A stretch of DNA of 42,377 nucleotides from Octopus bimaculoides (lineage: Eukaryota): assembly GCF_001194135.2 (NCBI RefSeq), contig NC_068987.1:74625735-74668111 (forward strand), in the 5' to 3' direction. A program made the translations under genes and the position numbers. The notes below the pieces were generated by a model, which had not been told where the DNA came from, ran no database searches, and was given only the letters and a program-made list of their open reading frames with translations. Below are positions 12,567 to 23,442 of this stretch, one piece after another (position 1 is the stretch's first letter; every line of letters starts with the position of its first letter).

Positions 12567-12625
12567 TGGGGAGGAGAAGGAGGAGGAGGAGAAGGAGGAG
12601 GAGGAGAAGGAGGAGGAGGAGAAGG
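12509..12625. repeat. (TAG)n followed by (GAG/AAG)n
   Basis: Directly visible. Confidence 0.9.
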
Positions 12626-13147
12626 CCATCTTCTTTACGAAAACACCGACATATTTGAAATTCGCAGTTGTACACCAGATGGCTATAAATGGAACGCCAG
12701 GATGGGATGTACGCAGAATAAGGAACTGATTCGGAGCAGTTTGGTGAAGTGGTGGGTTCCGATTACGTGAAATCCTCAGAAGGGTGATTATTAATAAAAT
12801 ATTTCAATCATTTTATGAATAACTCTATGGTAATTATTCTGAAAATATGACCTCTTTCCTGTTCACTCATTTCACATCCTGCTCGTTCAATAGCTTCCTT
12901 AGATTTTGAATACTTGTTCTCTGTAGAGATGCAAAAAGAAGGTGGTTAATATCACGGAGTGCATTCATTGAACCCATATGTTGGTGGGTTACCTGTTTGT
13001 ATAACTTAATATCATACAACACTTTTGTAATTATTAAATATTGTTTGCACAAAGTTTCAAATTGTCCCCAATTTATATTGCATGACACCTTCATCCCTCC
13101 ACCTCGTTTTTTTTTTATCATTTGTTTGTCAGCCCCACACATTTTTC

Positions 13148-13235
13148 TAATTTGAACTCAGAAAATAAAGATCTGGAAAACTATCGCTCGGCATTTTTTT
13201 CCATAGCTTTAACGATTCTGAAAGTTTACCGTGCT
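13148..13235 (-). mobile_element. SINE family A, decayed head remnant
   Basis: aatttgaactcagaaaataaag...gcatttt...taacgattctg matches the reverse complement of the family A head. Confidence 0.5.
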
Positions 13236-13251
13236 AATAATATTAATAATA

Positions 13252-14548
13252 TTAAGTTGAGAAAAAAGTTTGTGCACCGTGTTGAAAATAATGCTTTTTT
13301 AATATATTTTTGTTGTGTGTGTGTTCATTCAGTTCGTGCCATGTTCAATGGTGACTCACTGTGTGTGTGCGTTTGAAGACTATTGAGTTGTGTTCATAAC
13401 GATGTGGCTGTTATGAAAATTTATTGATTTTTTTCTATTTTCGGATGTCTGATTACGAAATCACAAATTTTGAACTTCGCGTATTGCTGCGTCATTATTG
13501 GAGAAACAATTTGGATGCAAAAGCAGCTGCCAAAGCAATTTGCGACGTTGAAGGTGAAGGTACGGTAGCACCGCGAACTGCACAGAAATGGTTCAAGCGT
13601 TTCAATAAAGGCGATTTTGATCCTGAAGACAGGCCACGTTCCGGACGACCAGCGATTTTGGACGAAGGAGACTTGCAAGCCGTTTTGGATGTTGAGCCGT
13701 CATCAAGCACTCGTGAATTGGCTGAAGAACTGAGTGTCTATCAGAAGACCATTTGGAATAATTTCAAGCCACTTGATTTTGTCCACAAAAAGCCATGACA
13801 AGATCCACACGAAGCGCAATCGGCCAAACGAGTCGGAATTTGCCGCCAATCCCTCAACAATCAGTTGGATGACCGTTTTTGGAAGCGAATTGTAACATCA
13901 GACGAGAAGTGAGTCTACCTGGTCAAGCACGATCGAAGCAAGCGCTGGGTCCCAAAAGGTGAAACTCCTCGATCCGTTCCAAAGCAAAATCAATTTGGAA
14001 AGATCATGATTTCCGTTTGGTGGAACTTCGAAGGATTCGTACAATTTTAACTTGTACCAAACGGTCGCGTCATCAACGCTGAACTTTACAGCGAGCAATT
14101 TGATCGAGTCAACGATGCACTGGTTGAAAAGTACCCAAAGCTTGTTCGTCGAAAACGGGCTTTGTTTCAACTAGACAATGCAAAGCTGCATATCACCAGA
14201 AAGACCAGCAACAAAATTGAAGAAATGGACGGTGTGGAAGTTCTGCCGCATCCAGCCTTTAGTCCAGACGTTGCTCCATCTGACTATGGTCTCTTCCGAT
14301 TAATGCAGCACTTTAAGAAAGGTCACCGATTTGAGTCATCCGATGAAGTTGAAGAAACCTGTCAAGAATTTTCCGATTCAAAGCCGAAGGGTTGGTACTT
14401 TGACCAAATCCGAAAGCTTGCAGACCGTTGGCAGAATGTCGTGGAAAACGATGGTCTTTATTTTGAAGAATAGTTGTTGTTTTTGAATAAATTCTTGCGT
14501 AAAAAATCATTATTTCAACACGGCGCACGAACTTTTTCCTCAATCTAG
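13252..14548 (+). mobile_element. Full-length mariner DNA transposon (~1.3 kb)
   Basis: 5' TIR ttaagttgagaaaaaagtttgtgcaccgtgttgaaa after TA; 3' TIR tttcaacacggcgcacgaactttttcctcaatctag; single internal transposase frame. Confidence 0.93.
13445..14473 (+). pseudogene. Mariner transposase pseudogene (343 codons, 3 in-frame stops, no frameshift)
   Basis: HTH (AQKWFKRF, EDRPRSGRP), RIVTSDEK, LFQLDNA, HPAFSPDVAPSDY, WQNVVENDGLYFE. Stops at 13796, ~13910 and ~14048. Confidence 0.92.
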
Positions 14549-14554
14549 AATAGC

Positions 14555-14760
14555 TTCTAAATTAGGCACAGGGCCAAAAGTTTTAAGGGGTCAGGATTTG
14601 TCGATACCATCAACTGACTGGTACTTTATTTTATCGACCTCGGAAGGATGAAAGGCAAAGTTGACCTTCACGGAATTTGATCTCATATCGGAAAGAGCCG
14701 AGACGAATGCCGCAAGGCATTTTTTTCGACACCCTCTCGATTCTGTTAGCTCGCTTGCCT
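14555..14760 (-). mobile_element. tRNA-derived SINE, family A
   Basis: atgaaaggcaaagttgacc...gaatttgatctc...gttagctcgcttgcct. Confidence 0.75.
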
Positions 14761-14764
14761 CTAT

Positions 14765-14850
14765 CGCAACAACAACATCAACAACAAGAAGAACGACGAC
14801 GACGACAGCAGCAGCAGCAACAACAACAAGGACGATGATGACGATGACCC
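14765..14850. repeat. (AAC/GAC/CAG/GAT)n compound microsatellite
   Basis: Directly visible. Confidence 0.85.
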
Positions 14851-15339
14851 CCACCTTCAGCTTGAAAACTTTTAGGGTTTTTTTTTTTTTTTGTTAGTTT
14901 GTTCGTTTAGGGAATTGTTGTGCATCTTGTTTCGGAATTGACCGTGAGGAGAGAGGTGTGGTTATTTTATTTTGTAAAGAGTCGAACCCATTTTGAAAAT
15001 GTATTTTTTGGAAATAGCAACATTGACAACAGCCGTGTCACCGGTCTCAGAGGCTTCTGTGGAGGTCTTGGGGCATCGCTCCTTCTTCCAGAACCAACAA
15101 GTAAAAACAAAATTGTTTTGAAAATATTGTCAAATTCAGAAATGGCGCCTTGTGATGAAAACGGAAGATGGTAAGGGGAAATGTGAGGAATGCAGTGAGC
15201 TAAAATGACGGGGGAGGGGGCTGGGTAGGGCGGAACACGCCTTCATTATAACAAACAGAAGCTTTCCCCAACAGGCTCCAGGTCCGGAAAAAATATTAAC
15301 AACAGGAAAGCAAACACCGCCGCTATCGTCACGCCTGAC

Positions 15340-15625
15340 CAAGACAGCAGCAGCAGCAGCAGCAACAGAACCAGCAGTAGTAAGTAACAATAACACCAAG
15401 AGAAACAAGGACCGCATCAGTAGCAAAAACAATAATAATCAACAACAAAACACCTCCACTACCATCACCATCATCAACAGTAGTACTGAAATGGGTGCGA
15501 CTGTAACAACAGTGAAAGCTGCCAGACCAGCTGATAACGGTAACAACAGCATCACTTCCATCACTACCACCATCACAAAAATAGAACTTTTTTCACCATC
15601 GTCCTCCCCACTATAACCGCCACCA
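15340..15625. repeat. (CAG)n/(AAC)n/(CAC/CAT)n low-complexity tract
   Basis: Directly visible. Confidence 0.75.
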
Positions 15626-16617
15626 TCGTGACAATATCGTTTGTCATGACTGGAGCAAGAGTACAAATACTGCAAAATGACATTGCACGCCCTATCTGTC
15701 AGAGGTTAAGAGAGATAAAAAAAATCCCTCAAAGGACTTTACGCCATAGATACGTGAGCAAGTATACCAGTGAGGTTCACGATCTTACTTCAGCACAGAC
15801 CAAAAAGTGAATGAAGGAAATGAAGGATCTTTTATGGCACGTCAGACGAGGAAGCCAATACGAGAATGTGATGCCTTATATCTCAATGAAGAAAAGGCTA
15901 GGAATATAACCAGGTATACATGCTCTTTTTATCCTATATGGGAAGGAAGGTAATCAAAGTTGACACTCAACGATCTTTCACCTGAGATAAGCATCATCTA
16001 TTTCATAATGATCTTGGATGAATATAGGACGTTGTCAGCTCGAAGTCAACCACGCTCCAGTACTGGTTGGAACTCAAAACGGAAGGAGAGATGCTGTTTA
16101 TCCCTGAAAAATATTCCAAAGATCCCAAGCTTCCTTTATTTGAATTGTAGCACTCCAATTAAATCAGTGACTAAAGGCTAAAAATCCATATGTAACACAC
16201 ATGGCGTCCTAACCATCATTGACATTTTAGCAGTCAAGCAAGAAGAGTAAAGATTCCGTGTTGCAAACATCACAACCACAACACAAGTTTAATAACAGTA
16301 ACAACAATAAGACCAGAAGCAACAATAACAACAGCACCAATAACTAACACTATCTTCAAGAGAGGAAGCCTCACACGATAAATCGCTGATAGAATATTTA
16401 TTGAATCAGGGGATAAGGATTGCGTAGCATATTCAAACCTCTAGCTTGTGATTTGCACGATCAACCCAGATATGAGACATGGAACGTTGAATGCGTCGTC
16501 CCCAACGCGGAAAGACAAAACCAAAATAAATGGTTGTGGTAAAAAGTTATGATCAATAATAGGTGATTCTCTGGAGAGTAAAATCGATTATGTAGCAAAG
16601 AATTAGCGCTACAAAAC

Positions 16618-16971
16618 TGTGCGCGAACAGGATGCCGAATGCACTTTTGCCGAAGGACAAGAAGCCGAAGCCAAGAAACCGAACGGACATAATGCCGAAC
16701 GGTCATAGAGCCGAACTGACATAAAGCTCAATGGACACTAAAAAAAAAAAGGAAAAAAAAATTCCTACCTATATAGTTTAATGACCATTTAGTCTGTCAT
16801 ATTGTAGGGATAAAATGATTATATCTTAATTTTCGTATGTCTTTTCGGCATCTTGTCCGTTTGGCTTTATGTCCGTTCGGCATTGTGTCCACTCAGCTTC
16901 TTGTCCTTCAGCTTCTTGTCCTTCGACTTCTTGTCCTTCGGCAAAGTGCATTCGGCATCCCGTCCGTGTAC
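16618..16971. mobile_element. MULE/foldback-type MITE with long TIRs built from 15-bp subrepeats
   Basis: Arms caggatgccgaatgcacttttgccgaaggacaagaagc and gcttcttgtccttcggcaaagtgcattcggcatcccg. Flanking direct repeat ctacaaaac at 16609-16617 and 16972-16980. Confidence 0.8.
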
Positions 16972-18385
16972 CTACAAAACAATAGAAGGGGAGATTGTCA
17001 GCTGATTAGAAGAGACAATTACAAAAGGCACCGCATCAGACGTACTAGCGGCAGAAATGTTTCAGTGTGAAATATAAACATTTCATTGTCAGAGCTAAAG
17101 ATGCGTGCTCTTCAACAGGAAGGAAGGAAAACTGATTTGTAGTCCAGAATGACAGAAGCGTGACCTGGCAACAAAACTATAATTACTCTTCGATCCCAGA
17201 TAGATGGGTGCAATTTTCAAACAACACTTTGCCAGACTATTCACACATGCTTATTGACTAGAGATCCTTTGGCACCTGTCTAGACGAATTGCTTTTGTTC
17301 TCAGCTAAACAGTACTGCAAAAAAGCGATGTTGACAACTGAGGTATGAATGGTGCCATGTGATATAAATGGTGCTTGTTTAAGGTGCAAACCGCTGGGTG
17401 TTCTCTTTTGTGAGCTTGATGGATACAAGCTTGACTTGCTAGTCCTTTTCTTGTCATACGTTTACCACAGCTTGAAGCAGAGTGTGAATATTCCCAGCTG
17501 TGTAAACGGGAATGGTGCTGCTGCTGAGGAAGGACACAAACAAGGAGAATATCATCGGCATTTTCTGATCTGTAACACAACTGAATGCGAAATCCACGAT
17601 TTTGACAAAAGTATACACGAAGTCAGCGCTTTTTGTTGGTAAAAAGGGAAAACAAAAGGAGGGAATGAAAGAAAATAGCATACACGAGAAGAAGCAGTAA
17701 TTGCAGTACGTAAAGTACAACTTACAGGAACATAGAGCAGGACTGCAATTGCCACACTACCAGATTCCACTCCGAAGATGGTCCGTGGCTAAATCAATTT
17801 ATTTTCAAACATATTACTGGTTGAGTTGAAATCCTGTGTCACCCCCTGGTTGAAGTTGGAACACTAAGTAGAAGAAAAACCTCTCCCTCCAGCACAGTCT
17901 GCCAGCCCCACCTCCTACGAAAGTGAAGCTTTCAGTCAATCCTCTTAGAATATAAAAATAGAATAGAACTTAGGGACACGTGAGAAGTAACTAGAGAAAA
18001 TAGAAAAATGAGATCATGAAGAGGCCATAACTAGTGATGTGCAAGCATAGACCGAGACTGCGACATCTATAGGAATTTCTAGTCAATAAGCAAGTTGTGG
18101 TTGAGCATGTTTTTATGCAGTTCGCCTCTTTGACTGAGCTGTTGCCACAAGTAAAGCATTGAGCAAGGTTGGGCGTGTGACATCTGGAATGATTGAAAGT
18201 TTGATTGCTATTTCTAGCATAAATTTGAGCTCAGAAAGTAAAGATAGACGTCCTATCCTTTTAGAAAGGGAACTCGTTGAATAATGTCGTGCTGAGTTAT
18301 CTACACATAAGAAAAGACGAGACAGTCATGACTAAAATAAGCCTGCTTGATAAGGACTGACCTGGAGGTAAACTACAACCTCTAG

Positions 18386-18801
18386 TTTCTATTATAGGCA
18401 GGAAGCTTGAAAAAGGATGGGGGTTGGCTAGTCGATCACATCGACCCCAGTGCTCAACTAATACTTATTATACTCCCAAAAGGATAACAGCGGTATTTGA
18501 ACTCAAAATGTAAAGCCAGAAGGGATCTTTTTTAAAACGGGGGCCACATTTTTCATTAATGTTTTACGTAGTGTTTTTGGCACCGAAAGACTTTCAAACT
18601 TCGTATACTTATCTATTTTGTGTTATAGAACAGAAAAATATTTTTGTATTCGAATTTATTTCATGTAAAAAATTGTCTTATTTCGATAATTTCAACCAAT
18701 CACTGACAAGTATTCAGTTGTTTACATTTACTCCTTTGAAGAATTACCGCATGCTAACGATTTTTGTCGGGCATGCTAACGATTCCGCCAGATCGCCGTC
18801 C
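18386..18801 (-). mobile_element. SINE family A split by a ~220-bp insertion
   Basis: Tail and B-box part at 18386-18521; A-box part (gctaacgattccgccagatcgccgtcc) resumes at ~18741. Confidence 0.65.
18522..18740. mobile_element. Terminal fragment of an unclassified interspersed repeat
   Basis: AT-rich segment starting gggatcttttttaaaacgggggccacatt that interrupts the SINE. Confidence 0.4.
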
Positions 18802-18817
18802 TAACAGCCTTCTTTAA

Positions 18818-19016
18818 TCCTTTCTGCTATAAGCACAAGGCCTGAAATTTTTCGGGTAATAATGATAGTCGATTACATCGAGTGCTACTTATTTTATCAA
18901 CACTGACGAGATGAAAGAGTCGATCCCAGCGGAATTTGAACTCAGAAAGTAAAGAGAGATGAAATTCCGCTAACTATTTTGTCCGGTGTGATAACGATTA
19001 TGCTAGCTCATTGCCT
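18818..19016 (-). mobile_element. tRNA-derived SINE, family A
   Basis: cacaaggcctgaaattt...gcggaatttgaactcag...gctagctcattgcc. Confidence 0.75.
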
Positions 19017-19574
19017 TACATTCTTCACTAAAAATACGTATTTATGAAGCCTTTATGCCAGAAATAGTAGTCAAATCTCCAAATTGCATCCTATTGTCTT
19101 GAAAGGAATGGGTCACTTTGAATGAGATATTCCTAGATGTGTGAATCCCAAGAGAAAGACTGGATGGTGATAGACAAGACGGCTTTTATCATGAGTTATG
19201 CCTATCATAGCTGATCTGGGGGTAAAAATAATCAATGAAAATATGTTTGTAGCATCGAGAGCCAACAAAGGAGATTGTAGCGGGGCTGCTTGACATGTTT
19301 GAAATAGCAATGAAATCTTTCTCAAATCATGCCTTACTATTTTTAAAATATATAGGAAAAACACACTGAACAAGGTAAAACTGTAGATGTAAAAATGTGG
19401 AATGACCAGGGGCTAGACAACTATAATAACATCGACATCATGTCAGGAGAAATTTTAAGATGATGGTAAATTAATTTGGGATTCAAGATAGAGATGGATC
19501 GCTCACGCGATAAATGAAGCGTGACGAAATCTTTCTAAAGAGCATAAGAACAGCTTACCTACCACAGTGATGGA

Positions 19575-19910
19575 AAGAGAGAATGAGGGGGAGGGAAAGA
19601 GAGAGAGTGGGGAGAGGAGATATGCGGGAAAACGAGAGACAGGGAGTGAGAAATTGAGAAAGGGGAGAAGTGAGGTTGAAACAAAGAACGAGAGAGAAAG
19701 AGAAAGAAAGAGTAGGGTAATGCGAGAAAATAAGCGAGAGAGAGAGAGAGAGAGGGACAGGAAAACAGAGAATAATGTAAAGAGAAAGCATGATGAAGAT
19801 ACGTAAGAGTGGGAGGAGTAAACGGAGGAAGAGAAGGAGAGAGAGAGAACGAAAAGGTAACCAGGAAAAAAAGAGATATGATGAGAGAGAAAGAGAGAGA
19901 GAGAGAGAAT
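19575..19910. repeat. (GA)-rich purine tract
   Basis: Directly visible. Confidence 0.85.
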
Positions 19911-20028
19911 GTTGATGACGCCCGCACTCCTGGCTTAACGCCTCGTCTTCAGTTATACAGACCACCATGATAGCGTTTCTCTAGCCTTCAACGAACGTTG
20001 TTCAGAACACTCAGATGTTACTACAACA

Positions 20029-20029
<1 letters not shown>

Positions 20030-20099
<70 letters not shown>

Positions 20100-20112
20100 T
20101 AATAATAATAAT
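20030..20112. repeat. (AAT)n microsatellite
   Basis: Directly visible. Confidence 0.95.
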
Positions 20113-20716
20113 GTTTGCTAGCAATCCGCTCCACATCCGACAGTAATACCTTTTCTCTCCCAGCTGACTTGTACCCCTCTACTCCCTCGAAGCTCATTAT
20201 ACTTATCACCTTACAAAACATCGTTTCGCAGTCTCATCTTTCTCCTGCCTCATGTGACAACACCCTCCCCCCCTCTCTCTCTCTCTCTCTTCCCCTCTCA
20301 CATAGAAAATTTCCAATTTTTGCAGCGACAGTCTTTTCACTTTCGAGTGTACATAAAAACAAACGTGTTAAATATAATTGTACACACCTATATTTCAATC
20401 ATCGTTGCTTAATGGTCCTCTAGTTCATGTGTGTGTGTGTCTGAGTGGGTATGTGCAGATGCGTATGTTTATACGTATTATGTATGTATGTATGTATGTA
20501 TGTATGTTCATTAGTTCTTTCATTTATTTTAGACATTACGTCTAAGAACATGTTTGGGTACCACCTTCAGAATTAATTCTATGAATAAATGTGTATGAGC
20601 ATGCGCGCGCACATGTTCACGGAGTGATGGACTTACATACACGCATATACATACAATCATACATACATACATACATACATACATAGATACATACATACAC
20701 ACACACATACATATAT

Positions 20717-20899
20717 AGCTGTCCAAAAATGTCATCACGGTATTACCTACCTATGAGACATGATGTTGTGGCCAAGACACTGTACAATGAAATCCGCCGA
20801 CAGGATAACCCCGGGGCTAAAGAGATGAAAACCCATAATGAGGTAGAGACCATTACCACTCACAATATGAAAGAGTATTGGTGGAATGTCCCAATAAAA
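20717..20899 (+). mobile_element. R4/Dong-type (RLE) LINE 3' fragment, cut by a gap
   Basis: SCPKMSSRYYLPMRHDVVAKTLYNEIRR...EYWWNVPIK contains the RH(D/N) motif of restriction-like endonuclease LINEs. It is paralogous to the copy near 28500-28700. Confidence 0.8.
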
Positions 20900-21272
20900 N
20901 NNNNNNNNNNNNNNNNNNNNNNNNNNNNNNNNNNNNNNNNNNNNNNNNNNNNNNNNNNNNNNNNNNNNNNNNNNNNNNNNNNNNNNNNNNNNNNNNNNNN
21001 NNNNNNNNNNNNNNNNNNNNNNNNNNNNNNNNNNNNNNNNNNNNNNNNNNNNNNNNNNNNNNNNNNNNNNNNNNNNNNNNNNNNNNNNNNNNNNNNNNNN
21101 NNNNNNNNNNNNNNNNNNNNNNNNNNNNNNNNNNNNNNNNNNNNNNNNNNNNNNNNNNNNNNNNNNNNNNNNNNNNNNNNNNNNNNNNNNNNNNNNNNNN
21201 NNNNNNNNNNNNNNNNNNNNNNNNNNNNNNNNNNNNNNNNNNNNNNNNNNNNNNNNNNNNNNNNNNNNNNNN
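20900..21272. other. Assembly gap (N)
   Basis: N run. Confidence 0.99.
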
Positions 21273-21305
21273 TGACAAGAAATACAGAAATGAAACTGAT
21301 TGATA

Positions 21306-21660
<355 letters not shown>

Positions 21661-21764
21661 ATTTGCTTCCTCACTCCTTTCTCATCGCACACCACCTCCT
21701 CTTCATTTTACCATGACGTGTTTAACGAATGCTAACATGATTGGTAGCAACGTCTCGCCTATGG

Positions 21765-22380
21765 CGATACTCACTATTCTAAATACCATGATACTGCCCC
21801 ATCAAAATATTGCACCAACACGAAACTTACTACCCCCATCACCATACTCACTGCTCTAAATATGATACCCACTGCCTAAATGTCACGATACTCAGTATTC
21901 CAATTCGATACTCGCTATAGCTATCATGATACCCACTGCCACATCATGATACTCACTGTCTTATTACGATACTCACTGCTCCAACACGATATTCTTCCCC
22001 CCATCGCGATACTCACTGTTCCTTCATATTACTCACTACTTCAAAGATCACGATATTCTCTGCCCTGCTTCAATGATACCCACTACTCTAACCATCATAA
22101 CAATCAATTCCTCAACTAATTCCATGGTTACTAATCCTCCATGATAACGCTGGTTTATATCACAGCTATCGCTGGGGTATTAGTAGTGTAGCTAGGGGAG
22201 ACGATGGGGATGGGCCTCCCCGAGCAACGTTTTACTCCTGCTGTTACAATATTCACTGCCCCAAATGTCATGATACTCATTGCCCAAATAATTCATAAGT
22301 TAATGCCCAATATCATAATACTTACTACCCACGACTGCTAGGGTTATTACAATGCCCCAACTATCACGATAATTACTGAG
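21765..22380. repeat. Degenerate ~20-24-bp minisatellite, core CAYGATACTCACTGC
   Basis: About 15 cores in 21765-22090 and about 4 more in 22245-22380. Confidence 0.8.
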
Positions 22381-22780
22381 TCAATCGTCTGAGAGGTTAA
22401 TATTCCGACCATTGAAATGGTTAACGCTTTAATCATCCTGATGGCTTCTGTTCCAACTATTAGGACGGAAACATTATAATAATAGCAGTCATCACAGTGG
22501 TTACAGTATAACTGTCCATGAAGTTATATTTTGGGTCCTTCGCCAGTTTTAGAAATCACTCACTTATGACTCCTTCGGACAAAGGTCGTAGAACAGTGCT
22601 CAAATATGAGACATTAATTTTAATAAGAGCAAATACAGATATTTCTCTTCTTCGTGGTTTTCCCATTGCCTTCGCAGCCTTTCTCACCACTTACACGTGT
22701 AGGTGTAATTGATGCGGTTTATGTTCTGAACACAAGGAGATAAATACCTGTGTTATTTAAATCTAATATAATGTCTCATA

Positions 22781-22999
22781 TCTTTTACTTCTTTCAGTCA
22801 TTAGACCGCGGCCATGCTGGGGCACCGCCTTGAATAATTTTTAGTCGAATGTATCGACTCCAATACCTACTTTTTATAAACTTGGTACTTGTTCTATCGC
22901 TCTCTTTTTTTGCCGAACCACTAAGTTATGAAGGTTGTTACTCGGTTGGAGCGGGGTGCGAACACGGACACAAAGGCACACACACAGATATATGCACAA

Positions 23000-23070
<71 letters not shown>

Positions 23071-23357
23071 CACATAGGACGGGTTTCTTTCATTTTCCAT
23101 CTACCAAATTCACTCACAAGGCTTTGGTCGACCTGAGGCTATAGTAGAAGACTATAGTGAGGGATTATCAATCCGGGCAAAATACTTCATAAGTTCTCTG
23201 TTGGCACTTCAGTCTAACAATATGACTTAGATTAGTGAGGGAACTGAACCCAGAACCATGTGGTTTGAAAGCAAGCTTCTTTATTTCATATGATTTGCCA
23301 CAAGGGCATTACACAGGAGAAAAAGCTTCTTATCACACAGCCACGCCTACACATAAA
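22781..23357 (-). mobile_element. SINE family C with internal (CA)n and two insertions
   Basis: Reverse complement of the 9925-10240 family; interrupted at 23153-23238 and 23282-23322. Confidence 0.8.
23154..23238. repeat. 85-bp inverted copy of 23928-24012
   Basis: Reverse complement matches at 84 of 85 positions. Confidence 0.95.
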
Positions 23358-23442
23358 CAGTCACGTCTGCGCCTATGCAGCCACGCCTGCGCCTATACAG
23401 CCACGTCTGCACCAATGCAGTAATACCTGCGCCTATACAGCC
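23338..23442. repeat. 20-bp minisatellite, about 5 units (cagccacgcctgcgcctata)
   Basis: cag recurs at 23338, 23358, 23378, 23398, 23418 and 23438. Confidence 0.9.

Noticed and set aside
13445-14473. SETMAR-like host gene
   Set aside because: No SET domain; intact TIRs and nonsense mutations show it is a transposon copy.
21765-22380. CRISPR-like repeat-spacer array
   Set aside because: Cores are ~13 bp and degenerate, linkers are ~5-12 bp, there are no cas genes and the context is eukaryotic.
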